DNA of 64,000 nucleotides, from positions 5,394,001 through 5,458,000 of the forward strand of contig CM007990.1 of the NCBI GenBank assembly GCA_002189035.1, written 5' to 3'. Source of the DNA: Utricularia gibba. Its lineage: Eukaryota > Plantae > Magnoliophyta. A program made the position numbers and the translations under genes. This document shows, one piece after another, positions 13,750-25,718 of this stretch (position 1 is the first letter of the stretch; every line of letters begins with the position of its first letter). A model generated the notes under the pieces. The model saw only the letters and a program-made list of their open reading frames with translations, was not told the DNA's origin and made no database searches.

Positions 13750-15054
13750 ATGCACGCCCACGCTCTGTGCTCTCGAATTGAGCTCGATTGGAGGAGGTTG
13801 CCGCCGGGAAGGGTTTTCGGCCGGCGACACCAGATTGTTAAATGCGTGTACCGGCAGGATTCGAGTGGCTCCAACGCTGCCGCGACACCGACCGCTGGAA
13901 TTAAAAACGGTGCGGGGAGTGTGGGGAGGGGCCGCCATGAGTGGCAGAGCTCGTGCGCGATTTTGGCGAGTAAAGTGGTTTCGCAGCAGCAGCAGGACGA
14001 GAAGAGCGTGGTGGACGGCGGCGATGGGAGATCGGTTGTCAATGGACGGCCGCCGCTTGATCTGGTGCCTGTTAAGGCTTCCGGCGGCGTAGCGCTTCCC
14101 AAACCGCTCAGCATCGCGGACTTGTCTCCGGCGCCGATGCACGGATCTAAGCTGCGCGTGGCGTACCAAGGCGTTCCCGGCGCGTACAGTGAAGCGGCGG
14201 CGGGAAAGGCTTATCCGAATTGTGAGGCGATTCCGTGCGACCAATTTGAGGTTGCGTTTCAAGCGGTGGAGCTTTGGATCGCCGATAGGGCCGTACTGCC
14301 GGTGGAAAACTCCCTCGGCGGTTCGATTCACCGGAATTACGACCTCCTTCTCCGTCACCGTCTCCATATCGTGGGCGAGGTTCAACTTCCGGTGCACCAC
14401 TGCCTCCTCGCTCTCCCAGGCGTCAGAAAGGAGTATCTCACGCGCGTAATTAGTCATCCCCAAGCTCTCTCCCAGTGCGAGCACACGCTCACGGAGATGA
14501 ACCTCAACGTCGCGCGTGAGGCCGTGGACGATACCGCTGGCGCCGCTGAGTACATCGCTCTGAACAACCTCCGCGATACGGCGGCGATCGCCTCGTCCCG
14601 CGCTGCGGGGCTCTACGGCCTCCAGATCCTAGCCGACGGGATCCAAGACGACTCCGGCAACGTGACGCGGTTCGTGATGCTGGCGCGTGAGCCCATCATT
14701 CCGAGAACCGATCGGCCGTTCAAGACCTCCATCGTCTTCGCCCACGACAAGGCCGGAACCAGCGTCCTTTTCAAGGTCCTCTCGGCGTTCGCTTTCCGCA
14801 ATATCAGCCTCACAAAAATCGAGTCGCGGCCGCACCGCAACCGCCCCATCCGCCTCGTCGATGACGCCAATGTCGGCACCGCCAAACACTTCGAGTACAT
14901 GTTCTACATCGATTTCGAGGCGTCGATGGCGGAGGCGCGTGCCCAGAACGCGCTCGCCGAGGTCCAGGAATTCACGTCTTTCTTGAGGGTACTCGGCAGT
15001 TATCCGATGGACATGACGCCGTGGACTGCGGCGTCCTCCTCCGCCGCAGACTGA
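13750..15054 (+). CDS. ADT: Plastid arogenate dehydratase (ADT3/4/5/6 clade), intronless, GC-rich
   Basis: 434-aa ORF with [37 protein letters not shown], the ACT-domain TKIESRP motif and [11 protein letters not shown]. Confidence 0.97.
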   Translation: MHAHALCSRIELDWRRLPPGRVFGRRHQIVKCVYRQDSSGSNAAATPTAGIKNGAGSVGRGRHEWQSSCAILASKVVSQQQQDEKSVVDGGDGRSVVNGRPPLDLVPVKASGGVALPKPLSIADLSPAPMHGSKLRVAYQGVPGAYSEAAAGKAYPNCEAIPCDQFEVAFQAVELWIADRAVLPVENSLGGSIHRNYDLLLRHRLHIVGEVQLPVHHCLLALPGVRKEYLTRVISHPQALSQCEHTLTEMNLNVAREAVDDTAGAAEYIALNNLRDTAAIASSRAAGLYGLQILADGIQDDSGNVTRFVMLAREPIIPRTDRPFKTSIVFAHDKAGTSVLFKVLSAFAFRNISLTKIESRPHRNRPIRLVDDANVGTAKHFEYMFYIDFEASMAEARAQNALAEVQEFTSFLRVLGSYPMDMTPWTAASSSAAD

Positions 15055-16484
15055 CCGGGTCTCCTCTTTCTCCTCCTCCGTATATTTTATTCTTTTTCTC
15101 TGTTTCCCTTGTCCTGTGAATTGGTTGACTGGCAGACGCCTCTACAGCGTCGGAAACGTGAAGAGTGTCCTCACCTACCACAACGAGCGTGGCGGTGGGT
15201 ATTCAAGCACGCCTTTCTGATGAAAATGGAATATTCGATCCGGATGCAATAATTTGTATCGTATTTAATAATAACACCTTCTTATCTATTTGTAATAATT
15301 ATTAATATAGATTTAATTCATTATTTAATCTAATGCTAAAATAAACAAGCCCCAACGCCATAATTTTCAAAAATACTTAATTCGAAAGAAATTATTTACC
15401 TTAACTGAAAATGTAACTAAGTGACTAAATGTAGAATACAATTTTAAAAAATATTAGCCATATAAAAAAAATGTTCCCTGCAAGAATATTATATATTAAT
15501 AAATATATAATTAACTATACCCAGACAAACAGAATTATCCCGAAGTTTCGGACAGACTATTGAACATGATCGGTTGTCTTGTTAGCGAGGGGGTTCAATT
15601 ACCAAAAGAAGATGGAACCAGAACAACAGCACTAAAGTGTTCAACATAGCAGCAGCTTCAAGCCAGAGCATCTGGCAGAAGATTGGTTTTATTTTTCAAC
15701 AGAAGAGGAGATGATTCACCAATTGCACAACTTTCAGACACCTGCACTGAACTGCATTCCTTCAAGAGAAAACAAGTTAACTGACAAGAGTTGTTTGTGC
15801 TGCAGCTCCCTTGGTGGCCATAACACCTGTACAAGTTTCATGGTAATTAGCTCCCGTTAATCCCATTTACAAAAACAACCAACTCAGAGTCTTTCTATAC
15901 AGGGAACCTGGACCTGCAAAACTAGTTTGACAGGTTAGATTGTTGTAATGTAAAGAAAAGAGGGGAATAGATGATGAATGGAAAACTCACAAACATGGGA
16001 CTGTGGTGCGTAAAATATACCTCACTGACTGCATTGTTTCAGCAAATAAGTCAAGGAATCGTGAAAAGAGAACCCTATACAGTGCAGTGTCCTAGTGTAA
16101 ATATGATCGGGTTGCTTCACGGGTTATAGAATCTGCCAATCTCAAAATTGTGATTCGACGAAAATCATGATTCGAAATTTCATAAAAACTGTAAAACAAA
16201 AGCAAGCACTACTTGATATTGGTAAGATGATGGTAATCAGTGGAAGAGCATAGGGAGCGTGTGTACAGAAAAGTTAGGCACTATTGACAAAAGTTAATTG
16301 AAGGGTTGCAAAGGGAAGCTTATGGGTTTAGTAAAGGATATACCATCATAAAATGATCAATCAGGTAAAGATCCAGAACAGTGGCATGCATGCACTTAGG
16401 GTGCCCTTTCAGTTACTTCAGATGAAGAGGAATGATTAAAAAAAAATGACGATGGAGGGATAAGGACAAACCTGCCTTCAGTAG

Positions 16485-18251
16485 TCAGTACTCATATCCA
16501 TTATGCTGCTTCTGGTCAGCAATTTGACCGCGCCATTCATCATTTGAAGTTTTCTGGTTTGTCTCTTCAGTTGATCTAGCTCTATGCACCTCAGTAGCAG
16601 TATCAACGTTGCGGGGTCGCTCAGCCTCTTCTCTTTCTTTGTTCCATTGCTCAATCTTAGCACGCCTTTCTTCACTTCCTTCTCTAATTGGGATGTGGCC
16701 TCTTCTGGTACCAGGACTACGGCTTCTACCCCTTTTCTGAGGGCTCGTGCTTTTGTGTCTTCGGCTTCTACCTTCATAATAAATCCTGTCATCATACTTC
16801 CTACTGTGGCCACGACCTCCATGAGGGCGCTCTTCATAGCTCCTATGCCTGTAGGGGCTTCCGCTCCTGCTACGACTTCGCCTTCTTCTGTTACTCCCAA
16901 ACAACTGACGTCTCAATTCCCTAACAGAAAGGCACAAAACCATATGGACATCAGTCCATAAAATATGATTCACACAGTAGGCATAATGCGATATTATGAA
17001 ACCTGCTAATCCTTTTCAGATGCATGAAATTACAGTATCCACCCCGATTGCAAGCATCCTCCTCATACTGCCTACAGGTAGCTTCACGAAAATCAGTTAC
17101 TGGAGAAAAATCAACAATGATGGGCCGACCTGCATGTGACAACCTTTCTCAATTACTCTGTAGCCGAAATATTCATAAAAAAGAAATAACAGCAGACATC
17201 TATAATATTTTGTGAAGGAGATGGTATGAGACCTGCATAGAACCTCCCGGTAAGATTCTCCACCGCCCTGGCTGCATGGTCTTCTTCTCTAAACTGGACG
17301 TACACATTTCCCACCTGCTCAATGACAAATATCCATAATCATTGCCTTACAATTTTCCAAAAAAAAAAAACAAAATTAGAAAATTAAGGAAATTTACCAT
17401 ATGATCAGCTAGATTGTCACAAACATTCAAGCTTTCAATTTCCCCATACTTGCTCAGCTCTTCAAACAGATCTTCATAGAAGTCCTACCACATGAATACA
17501 CAACAAAGCTAAAACCGAGAGCATACGCTCAAAGTAGAATCATACTGCAACAAAACTTCTGCACAATGATAGCAGAAACTCAATAACGAATTCAACCAAG
17601 CGGACAATTAATGGTAAGGCGCACAGGTCCAAAAAACTAAATTAGAGTGGTGAACATAAAATATGTGGGCACAAAGACCGTGTAAGCAGCAGCTCAAGAA
17701 CCCAATTCTGAAGACTGGATTACATAATTCATTAGAAAACATTGATAGTGTAATGAAATATGAAGCAGAATACCGTTTATGTATCAACACTAATCAAAGT
17801 GAAAGTGAAGGGACATCTTGGATACAATAGGGACGACGTCAACAGAGCTGGGAATAGATTTCCATCAGAAAAGGGAAAAATGGCATTGTTATCTAGGAAA
17901 AGTTTCAAGCCGTTTCCTTGATTCAGGAACAAGAACAGAAAAGCAACGACAGATAACCAATATGAAGAAGGAATCTAGTTCCGAAAAGCAAGAAACAGAA
18001 CAAAAATAGCGAACCTCAAAGTGCTCCTGCATTTTTTTTGGATCAATAGGCTGTCCATTTGCATCAATTCCAGGCGTAATCATGTCGGGACGCTGATACA
18101 TGTTGGAAAGGAGTAAGGTTGGGCTTATACTGGGCTTCGTATGAAGACGAGAGCAGCGATCGCCGTGCCTACACGCGCCTATTTTGAAATAGAAGGGACA
18201 GTTGACTCTGTCCTTCTCCGTTCCGAATATGGACGCCAAATGCTCCGCCAT
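16485..18251 (-). CDS. U2AF35: U2 snRNP auxiliary factor small subunit; exons 18251-18015, 17484-17398, 17314-17233, 17129-17003, 16920-16485
   Basis: [37 protein letters not shown] (first CCCH finger), UHM/RRM, second CCCH finger ([19 protein letters not shown]), RS-rich tail. All junctions are GT-AG and in frame. Confidence 0.96.
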
Positions 18252-18302
18252 CTCCTCCGATTACTACGTCTTCTCCAGTGCCACTCTGGAGCTTAGACGC
18301 AA

Positions 18303-18311
18303 TTAGGGTTT
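18303..18311 (-). promoter_or_regulatory. Telo-box (AAACCCTAA) upstream of U2AF35
   Basis: TTAGGGTTT on the + strand, about 50 nt before the U2AF35 ATG. Confidence 0.6.
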
Positions 18312-18355
18312 TATTTTATTGTTTTTTTGAATACGAAGATATTACAAATATAATT

Positions 18356-18428
18356 GCGCCTGTAGCCTAATGGATAAGGCGTCTGACTTCTAATCAGAAG
18401 ATTGTGGGTTCGAGTCCCACCAGGCGTG
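18356..18428 (+). tRNA. trnR-UCU: tRNA-Arg(UCU), intronless
   Basis: Acceptor stem GCGCCTG/CAGGCGT; anticodon arm TCTGA-CTTCTAA-TCAGA with TCT anticodon; T-arm GTGGG-TTCGAGT-CCCAC; AT-rich flank with CAA upstream. Confidence 0.97.
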
Positions 18429-18433
18429 ACCTG

Positions 18434-18439
18434 TTTTTT
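18434..18439 (+). terminator. Pol III oligo-T terminator of the tRNA-Arg gene
   Basis: TTTTTT begins 6 nt after the tRNA 3' end. Confidence 0.85.
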
Positions 18440-18847
18440 ACCTCGTGATTTTTTGATATCGCGGCTGCGACTGACAAGCGAAGCTTCTCCGACGCCTTGT
18501 AAGACGTTGATTGGGCTTATCCAATACTGCGCCTTACCCGTCAGCCAGATCGGCCTGTACAAAATGTATTGGGCCAACAGTGGCCATCGTAACGGCGGCG
18601 ACGGTTAATTCCAAGTCAGAGTAACGGTTACTAACGGTGCACAGGTGGAAGCTTCTCCGCCACAATTTAACCGATGGATAGGTCTCCACTCTCCAGCACC
18701 GGGCTCCGCCGTGTCGCTAATCGAGAACAGATTCTGCACAATACTCGATTTTTGTATAATCCTTGCCTTTCGATTGGGTCTCCTGCATACCGGTCAAAGG
18801 TGTTGCTGGTTCCCCCAGACTCACATTTGTGGTTTTGATTAACGGAA

Positions 18848-21045
18848 ATGGAGGCATCCATACCGCTGTATCTGCATTGTTCCCCGAGTTTTCTACAGAT
18901 TCCGGTTCATTCCCAGCTTTTCCAACCGATTCTAGTTGGAGTTTCTCTCTCACCGTCGAGATTTGAGTTTTCGTGCAAATTGCTGAAGCAGCAGATTAGA
19001 TGGGACTCTCTGCGCCCGGTGGCGGTTAAGGAAGTGGATATAAAGTGTTATGCGGAGGAAAGAGATAATTCAGGGGAAGTTGTGCTTGAGAAGGCTGAGG
19101 ATGGTGACGGCGACGGCGTCACCGTAGAGCAGGTTATTGGTCAGGATTTCTCCAATGGATCTTCTGGCTCGCAGAGGATACTCTCCTCAGGGGATTCTCT
19201 CTCTCTTGGGATTCGTGAGCCTGTGTATGAGGTCATCTTATTTGATCAATTTTTTCAACATAACATTTGTTCTTGAAGCTAGAGAATTAAAGGCCTTCTT
19301 TGAAGTTGTGTAGGTCGTGGAAGTCAGGTCGAATGGGGTAGTATCGATGAGGAAAATAAACCGAAAGAACTTGCTGAAATCTAGTGGTAAGTGGAAAAAA
19401 TGAAGCTCATGTTTCTTTGCCCTTACTGTCACCAAATAAGTATACATATTTTATTTTAGGTCTCCGACCAAGGGATATTCGAAGTGTTGATCCCTCGCTG
19501 TGGTTAACCAATTCAATGCCTTCATTGCTGGTACGACTAAAACTGCTTGGGGTGTTCATGACTTAAAAATCTGCTGGGATACCCTAAAAGTTGTTAAACC
19601 TGTAGTTTGTTGCAATGCTGTAAAGATCAAAATGTTCTGATAAGAGATTGTATAATACAAGATTTTCGGAGTAGACCATGGTTTATTCATGAAAAAAAAA
19701 TGTGATATTTAGGTACGGGACCATGCAATTCTACTCAATTTGGGTTCTCTGCGTGCAATAGCAATGCATGATCAGGTTTATATATTTAACTACAACCGGT
19801 ATGTAACCCATACTTGTTGAGTTATAAATTTCTCCTGTTGCTGATGATGGATTAGTAATACATTGTTTCAACAGAAAAGGTGGAAAGGCCTTTATAGATG
19901 CACTGTTACCCCGCTTAAATCCCAAGAGTATGGGAATAGGCCCCTCAATGCCATTTGTCCTCGAGGTTAGTCATTCCGTGCCCCTTGCATTGAGTTGGGG
20001 CATTCTTCATGTTTATCGCGTTTGCACGTAAAGGAATGTTGTGTATTTATGTAATGGTAGTTACATTTTGAAATGCTATGATGGGCCTGTGCTCTGTACT
20101 TTCAGGTCGTTGAGGCTGCTTTGCACTCTCGAATACAGCGACTGGAACTACGATTAATGGACTTAGAGCCACGGGTGTGGAGCATGATTAGTTGCTATGA
20201 AATTTCTGATTCGCTTTCACACCTTCCAAACTATTTGCTCTCTACATCTTCTGCAAACTCTTCAGTATTCCTGTACTCAAAGGTTTCTTTTGAATATGAT
20301 GAACAAGGGAGTTGGCAATATGATTTCAGGTGCAAACCTTACTTGAGATGCTTCCTAATCGATTGACAGCTGATATACTGGAGGAGCTTCGGATTAGCAA
20401 GCAAAAACTGGTATGTTTTGTATTTCTGTGAACCTATATTCTGTCTTTTGCCTATCCCTGTGATTCTCATCTTAAATCTGTAGGCATGTCTGCTTTGTAT
20501 GATTAAAGGTTGAATTAGGTTCAAGAGCCAGAGAGTTGAAGCAAATGCTCCTCGATATCCTTGAGGACACTCACGAGATCCGACGGATATGTATAATGGA
20601 CCGAAATTGTACACTGAAAAATAATGTAGTGGAATGTTCTCTGCCTTCAGATAAGCAGATTGCCGAAGGTAGATACAGTTGGTCCTTGGATTATTTCCAT
20701 TAACAGCAAACTCCTTTGTGGTGAAAAGTATCATGAATCTTTGTGCAGAAGAGGAAGAAGAAATTGAAATGCTTTTGGAAAACTATCTACAAAGGTGAAT
20801 TTTACTTTTTCACTTTTGAAAACCAAACACTGATAGCTCACTGATATCACTAGATAGCTCACTGATATCACTAGATAGCTCACTGATATCACTAGATACC
20901 ATTCCAATCTATCTAGCTTTTATGCCATACTTTCTTTGCATCATCAGATGTGACTCTTGCCATGGTCAATCAGAGAGACTTCTAGATTCTGCAAAGGAAA
21001 TGGAAGATTCAATTGCTGTCAACCTTAGGTTGGCTAATTCTGCTC

Positions 21046-21077
<32 letters not shown>

Positions 21078-21634
21078 ATAACTAGCAATTATCACGGAGG
21101 AAAGCAGATTAAAAATAGTTTATTTCTTATCGTTGCTTTGAAACACTCATTCCCATGCGTTGGAGCTTGCAGTTTTGTAAGAACTTACTGCCGGATTCAA
21201 CAGTTCATAGTTTTCCAATAGTTTGATTGCTTGCTATGGGTTAGTACTCTCTATGTAGCTCACGGAGGCTTGAGGTTAGCAGAGTCGAACTCCTCCTCCA
21301 AGTTGGTACATTTTGTGTTGCCATTGGTGCCTTGATAGCAGGTAAAGAACTGCTGATGACACCCAAACTTGACGCTTATGCCCAACCAATTCTCACAAAT
21401 CTCAATTGAAATCGTTGCAGGAATATTCGGGATGAATCTTCGGTCGTATCTCGAAGAACATGTGGTATATCCATAGCTCTCCTTCCACAGCTTAATCTCT
21501 CGATCCTACTAAGTTCCTTGTGCTCTTTTGGCCTGCAGTCTGCCTTCTGGCTAACAACAGCAGGCATCTTCATAGGAGCCATTGTTGGTTTCTTCCTCAT
21601 GTACTGGTACCTCAGGATGAAGAAAATACTATGA
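18848..21634 (+). CDS. MRS2-11: Chloroplast CorA-type Mg2+ transporter MRS2-11/MGT10, multi-exon
   Basis: Transit-peptide-like N-terminus; SLSLGIREPVYEV, GLRPRDIRSVDPSL and MEDSIAVNL; GMN motif (GIFGMNLRSYLEE); ends YWYLRMKKIL*. Exons trace in frame. Confidence 0.95.
20832..20898. repeat. 21-bp tandem repeat, 3 copies plus a partial (GATAGCTCACTGATATCACTA), in an MRS2-11 intron
   Basis: Identical units at 20832, 20853 and 20874. Confidence 0.95.
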
Positions 21635-22100
21635 AACTCCTCCCCATTACACATGGGCCACCCGCTTCAGCCTTCAGCAGCTTCAGCAGAGAATTCAAGA
21701 GCAAGTTGCTCATAGTTTTGTTTCCTTGTTGTACATCACGCAGCCCGGTTGCTGCTGAACTGAAGCTCACATCCTCAATCCTCCTCCATGCTGCGCTTTT
21801 ATAGCTAGCGGATGTACGGATCAGAAGTGTTGGCAAGTGATCCTCTGTGCCTAGCCTCTATGTATTATTTTTTCCTTGGAAGAAGGCATGCAAACCAATG
21901 TGTTTGGTGTAAGGTATTGATTCACTTTCAGAAAAGCACTCCATGTTTAAATGTGACATTATATTATTTTTAATACAAACAAATACATGAAAAAAGGCAC
22001 ATGAACAGACCACATACAAACAATGAGACAGACAGCCAACGTTGGTTTATGCACACTCTGAAAAAAAGAATTAAGAATATTTTTTAAATTGGAAGTGGAT

Positions 22101-22808
22101 TTAAAAGTAGGTGCTATGGGTGTCGCAGTAGACCGTGTGGAACTCGCTGCTGGAGTTTGAAAACGGCGTCGTCATGGGCCCACAGGCGACCCTGAGATGG
22201 CGGCGGATCCTAAAAAGCCCAATCTTTAACCGAATCCTGGCCCGAATAAACAGTACCAGGTCCACTTCACCGGCGGACCGGGCCCGGCGCAGATCTCGGG
22301 CCACGTCGCGGTAGAGCCCAACGTCTCTCGCTGTAAAGTCCAAGCCCAGATGGGTCACATTCCTCCTGGGCTGGTGGAACGGGGACACGTGGCTGGCGGC
22401 CAGCTGTTGATCTTCGTACACCGCCGTGGCCTCCACCCTGTCGTAGTAAACGGAGATCCTGCGGTTCGGATTCGTTGCTCGGAGCACGTAGTGGATGTGG
22501 GCGGAGGCGAGGCTGTCGCCGGTCAGATTGACGGCGGCGACGGACCCGCTCTCGACGGAAAATCTGCCGGACAAAAGCGTGTCTCGCGTTAAATTAAAAT
22601 GGATACGATGTGTCTCAAATGCTATTCACTATGCACACCTTAGCTTCCTGGGGTTGACGACGAGCCATGTGATGAGGACCACAGCCGCAATGACGAGTGC
22701 AAGAGCTACAATACCACCGACGACGAGCCTCACCGCCCGGGGGCGCGGCGGCGTTGCGGGGGCGGCGCAACCGTCTGCATGGCCGTACGAACGTGGAGGC
22801 TTGCTCAT
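22101..22808 (-). CDS. NDR1/HIN1-like (LEA_2 domain) protein; exons 22808-22639 and 22563-22101
   Basis: N-terminal TM segment (VALALVIAAVVLITWLVVNPRK) and NPNRRISVYYD and PFHQPRRN motifs. A 75-nt GT-AG intron (22564-22638) restores the frame. Confidence 0.88.
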
Positions 22809-23757
22809 GGGGGGAGACAGTACTTGAGTTTTATAGACAACAAGGAATGAAATACAGCTAAGTACTTGTCCCCATTTTCTTTCTTTTTCTTGCACTTGAC
22901 TCAACGAACATATGCATTACTTTACGTAACGCCATTTTCCATTCATCCTCACAAACTAAAACTATTTTCCGAACAAATTCAATCAGTTTTTGTTATCAAA
23001 TACGAGTTAAAAAACAAAAAAAAATTACAAATAATTTTTATCAAACAAGTTTCGTAATCTCAACAAAGAAATCATTCGTAACTCACGTATTTTTTTAATC
23101 AAATTGATCTATACTTTTTAATCAACATTATTTAAAATTAGCATCTTAGTCTAATGAAATCAAAACCATGGCCCTTGTTGAAGGGCATGTTCTAGCAAAT
23201 GCAGACTCGAAGGAAGGAATGACTTGCGGCCAGAGGCATACCAAAATGTGTTCATAAGTCGCACTCTTTTTTAGCATTTTCTGTCGTTTTTTTTTAAAAA
23301 AATTTGGGTTCTGGACTTTTAGTGGGTTGAATTCTATGAGGGGAGGAATCCATAGCCCCGAGGGGTGAACTCGTTCTCCATCAGAATCTGGATGCGTGTT
23401 TATTTTCTGTATGCAGAAAAGGAGACTGGTTCAAGGTGAATGCACGTCATGCAGGTTTGATAGTTGATGATGAGGATGAGGATGAGGATGATTAGAGTAA
23501 GTCATCCTCGGTAAAGGGCTTCACTAAATACTAACACAAGCTAAGAAGCGCGTGGAATTGGCCTTTTCCACTGCAATAATAATAATAAAAAACAGCATGG
23601 ATAGTTGGAAGAAGCAATTTCTACTTGGTCCAAATGTTGACGAGCATGGAGATCTGTAGCTGGTTCAGACGCTTATCTCTATAAATACAGGGTATTATTG
23701 GTCATGCTCGAATCAGACAACATTGCTCGTAGTGTTTTTGTGGTTGTTGCTACAAGT

Positions 23758-24500
23758 ATGAAGATGAGGTTCGATGTGGTTGCTGCTCTTGTTCTTGTTG
23801 CATTCGCCTCCTTGTCGGATGCATCAGACCCAACGCAGCTTCAAGATTTCTGTGTTGCTGTTAATGACAACAATGCCGCTGGTACTTCTCCTGAAGTCTG
23901 ATGCATCTGGTTTTTGTTGAACATCTTGGAACAAGGTTAATGTGAAATGCTTGTTTTTGTGCAGTTTTTGTGAATGGAAAGATTTGCAAGAACCCCAACG
24001 CGGTGACGGTGGACGACTTCGTGTTCCGCGGACTGCAGAACCCCGGGAACACCGCGAACCGGCAAGGCTCCGCCGTGACTCCGGTGTTCGTCAATCAGCT
24101 GCCGGGGCTCAACACTCTGGGTGTCGGCCTCGCCCGCATCGACATCGCTCCTAGAGGCCTCAACCCTCCCCACATCCACCCACGCGCCACCGAAGTCATC
24201 GTCGTGCTCCAAGGGACTCTCCTTGTAGGCTTCGTGACGTCGAACCCTCAGAACCAGCTCTTCACGAAGACCTTGAACCCCGGCGACGTCTTTGTCTTCC
24301 CACAGGGGCTGATTCACTTCCAGTTCAACGTCGGAAACACAAACGCCGTCGCGATTGCCAGCTTCGGGAGCCAGAATCCGGGGGTTATAACCATCGCCAA
24401 CGCCGTCTTCGGCTCTCAGCCGCGCATCAATCCCGACGTCTTGGCTAAGGCCTTCCAAGTTAACAATACGGTGATCATTACTCTGCAGTCCCCCTTCTAA
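23758..24500 (+). CDS. GLP: Germin-like protein (cupin); exons 23758-23881 and 23965-24500
   Basis: Signal peptide, [12 protein letters not shown], germin boxes [13 protein letters not shown] and [15 protein letters not shown]; TATAAATA at about 23680. Confidence 0.95.
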
Positions 24501-25718
24501 GACATCCATCCACATAGAACCAGACATGTTTCTAGAACATACTGAATAATCTCACCTTCCCTCTCAGGTTCACACGTTGACTTTCCTGTTCTAGTGAAAA
24601 ATATTGTATTTACTTGTCTACATAATTCAAACTACGACAAAATTAACTTTTATTATCGTACTGCCGATCGGCATCCACCGTCCGTTTCGCCACCACCGGA
24701 TCACCCACTCGCATGCTACCGGCCGTACGCCGGCGATGCGAGGCACATCATCGGGCACGCCGCCAGCACGGCGGGATGATGGCAGCCGACAGTCGGTGGT
24801 AAGCGGTGGCTGACCACATACAAATCAAATTTATTAAATAATAAAATAATGTAATAATAGAAACTAATTATGTTTGACATATAAATAGTATCGATAAAAA
24901 ATATCAATATTAAATTACGAATTTTCGTTATACCAAATATTCGGAATTAAATATCCGATACACTAAATAGTGCAATTCAAATATAATAATTAAATATATA
25001 AACATGAGTAAATACATAGTCAAAATCCCAAAAAAATTAATATTAGACATAAAATATTTGTTCACACGAGTTTATCAATCAATCAAACATAATAATGTTT
25101 TAAAAATATATTTGTAAAACTTATACAGATTATAATATAGATTATAAACATATAACATGTATTTATTTAAATATAGTATTAATTAAATTATCTTGTTAAA
25201 TGTCTATTTGTTGTTATTATGATTTAATTTCTTTATTGATATTATCGAATGGTGTTTACCTTTGAATAAAAAATGAAATAAATTCACTAGTCAACTCAAC
25301 GTGGAGTGCTAATAGCATCCTTCTTATATTCAACCATATAGTATACCACATTATAATTATTTCTTATGTATTTGAGATCGAATTAAAAATGATTTCGTAA
25401 GAAGAGAGTATGGTGCGTGTTTTAATATAATGTTTTATTTTTAATTTTCAGAAGAGTTATAATTAATATGTAATAAAGGTCATGGTGGGCAGTAAGGATT
25501 TGGGATGGATGGTTGACTTTTTGGGGGAGAAGACTGAAGAATTAGTAATAAATGGACAAGATAAAAAACTTGTACAGGAATTGTGTAATGACATTTGTAC
25601 CCTCCAATGGGAAAAATGTAAAACCTTTTTTTTTTTTTTTTTTTTTTTGAAGAGAGAGAAGATTAAATCAAATTGTGTGTATGGTGTAACAAATGTCAAC
25701 CCACTCCCCTCCACCGGC

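Noticed and set aside
13696-14484. 262-aa antisense ORF over ADT, and similar antisense ORFs over GLP, ARF, CDC48 and DRB2
   Set aside because: Expected shadow ORFs of GC-rich coding sequence with no independent protein features.
18440-18480. Possible tRNA-snoRNA dicistron (GTGATT...CTGA) after tRNA-Arg
   Set aside because: The C box is imperfect, the span is too short, and a T6 terminator intervenes.
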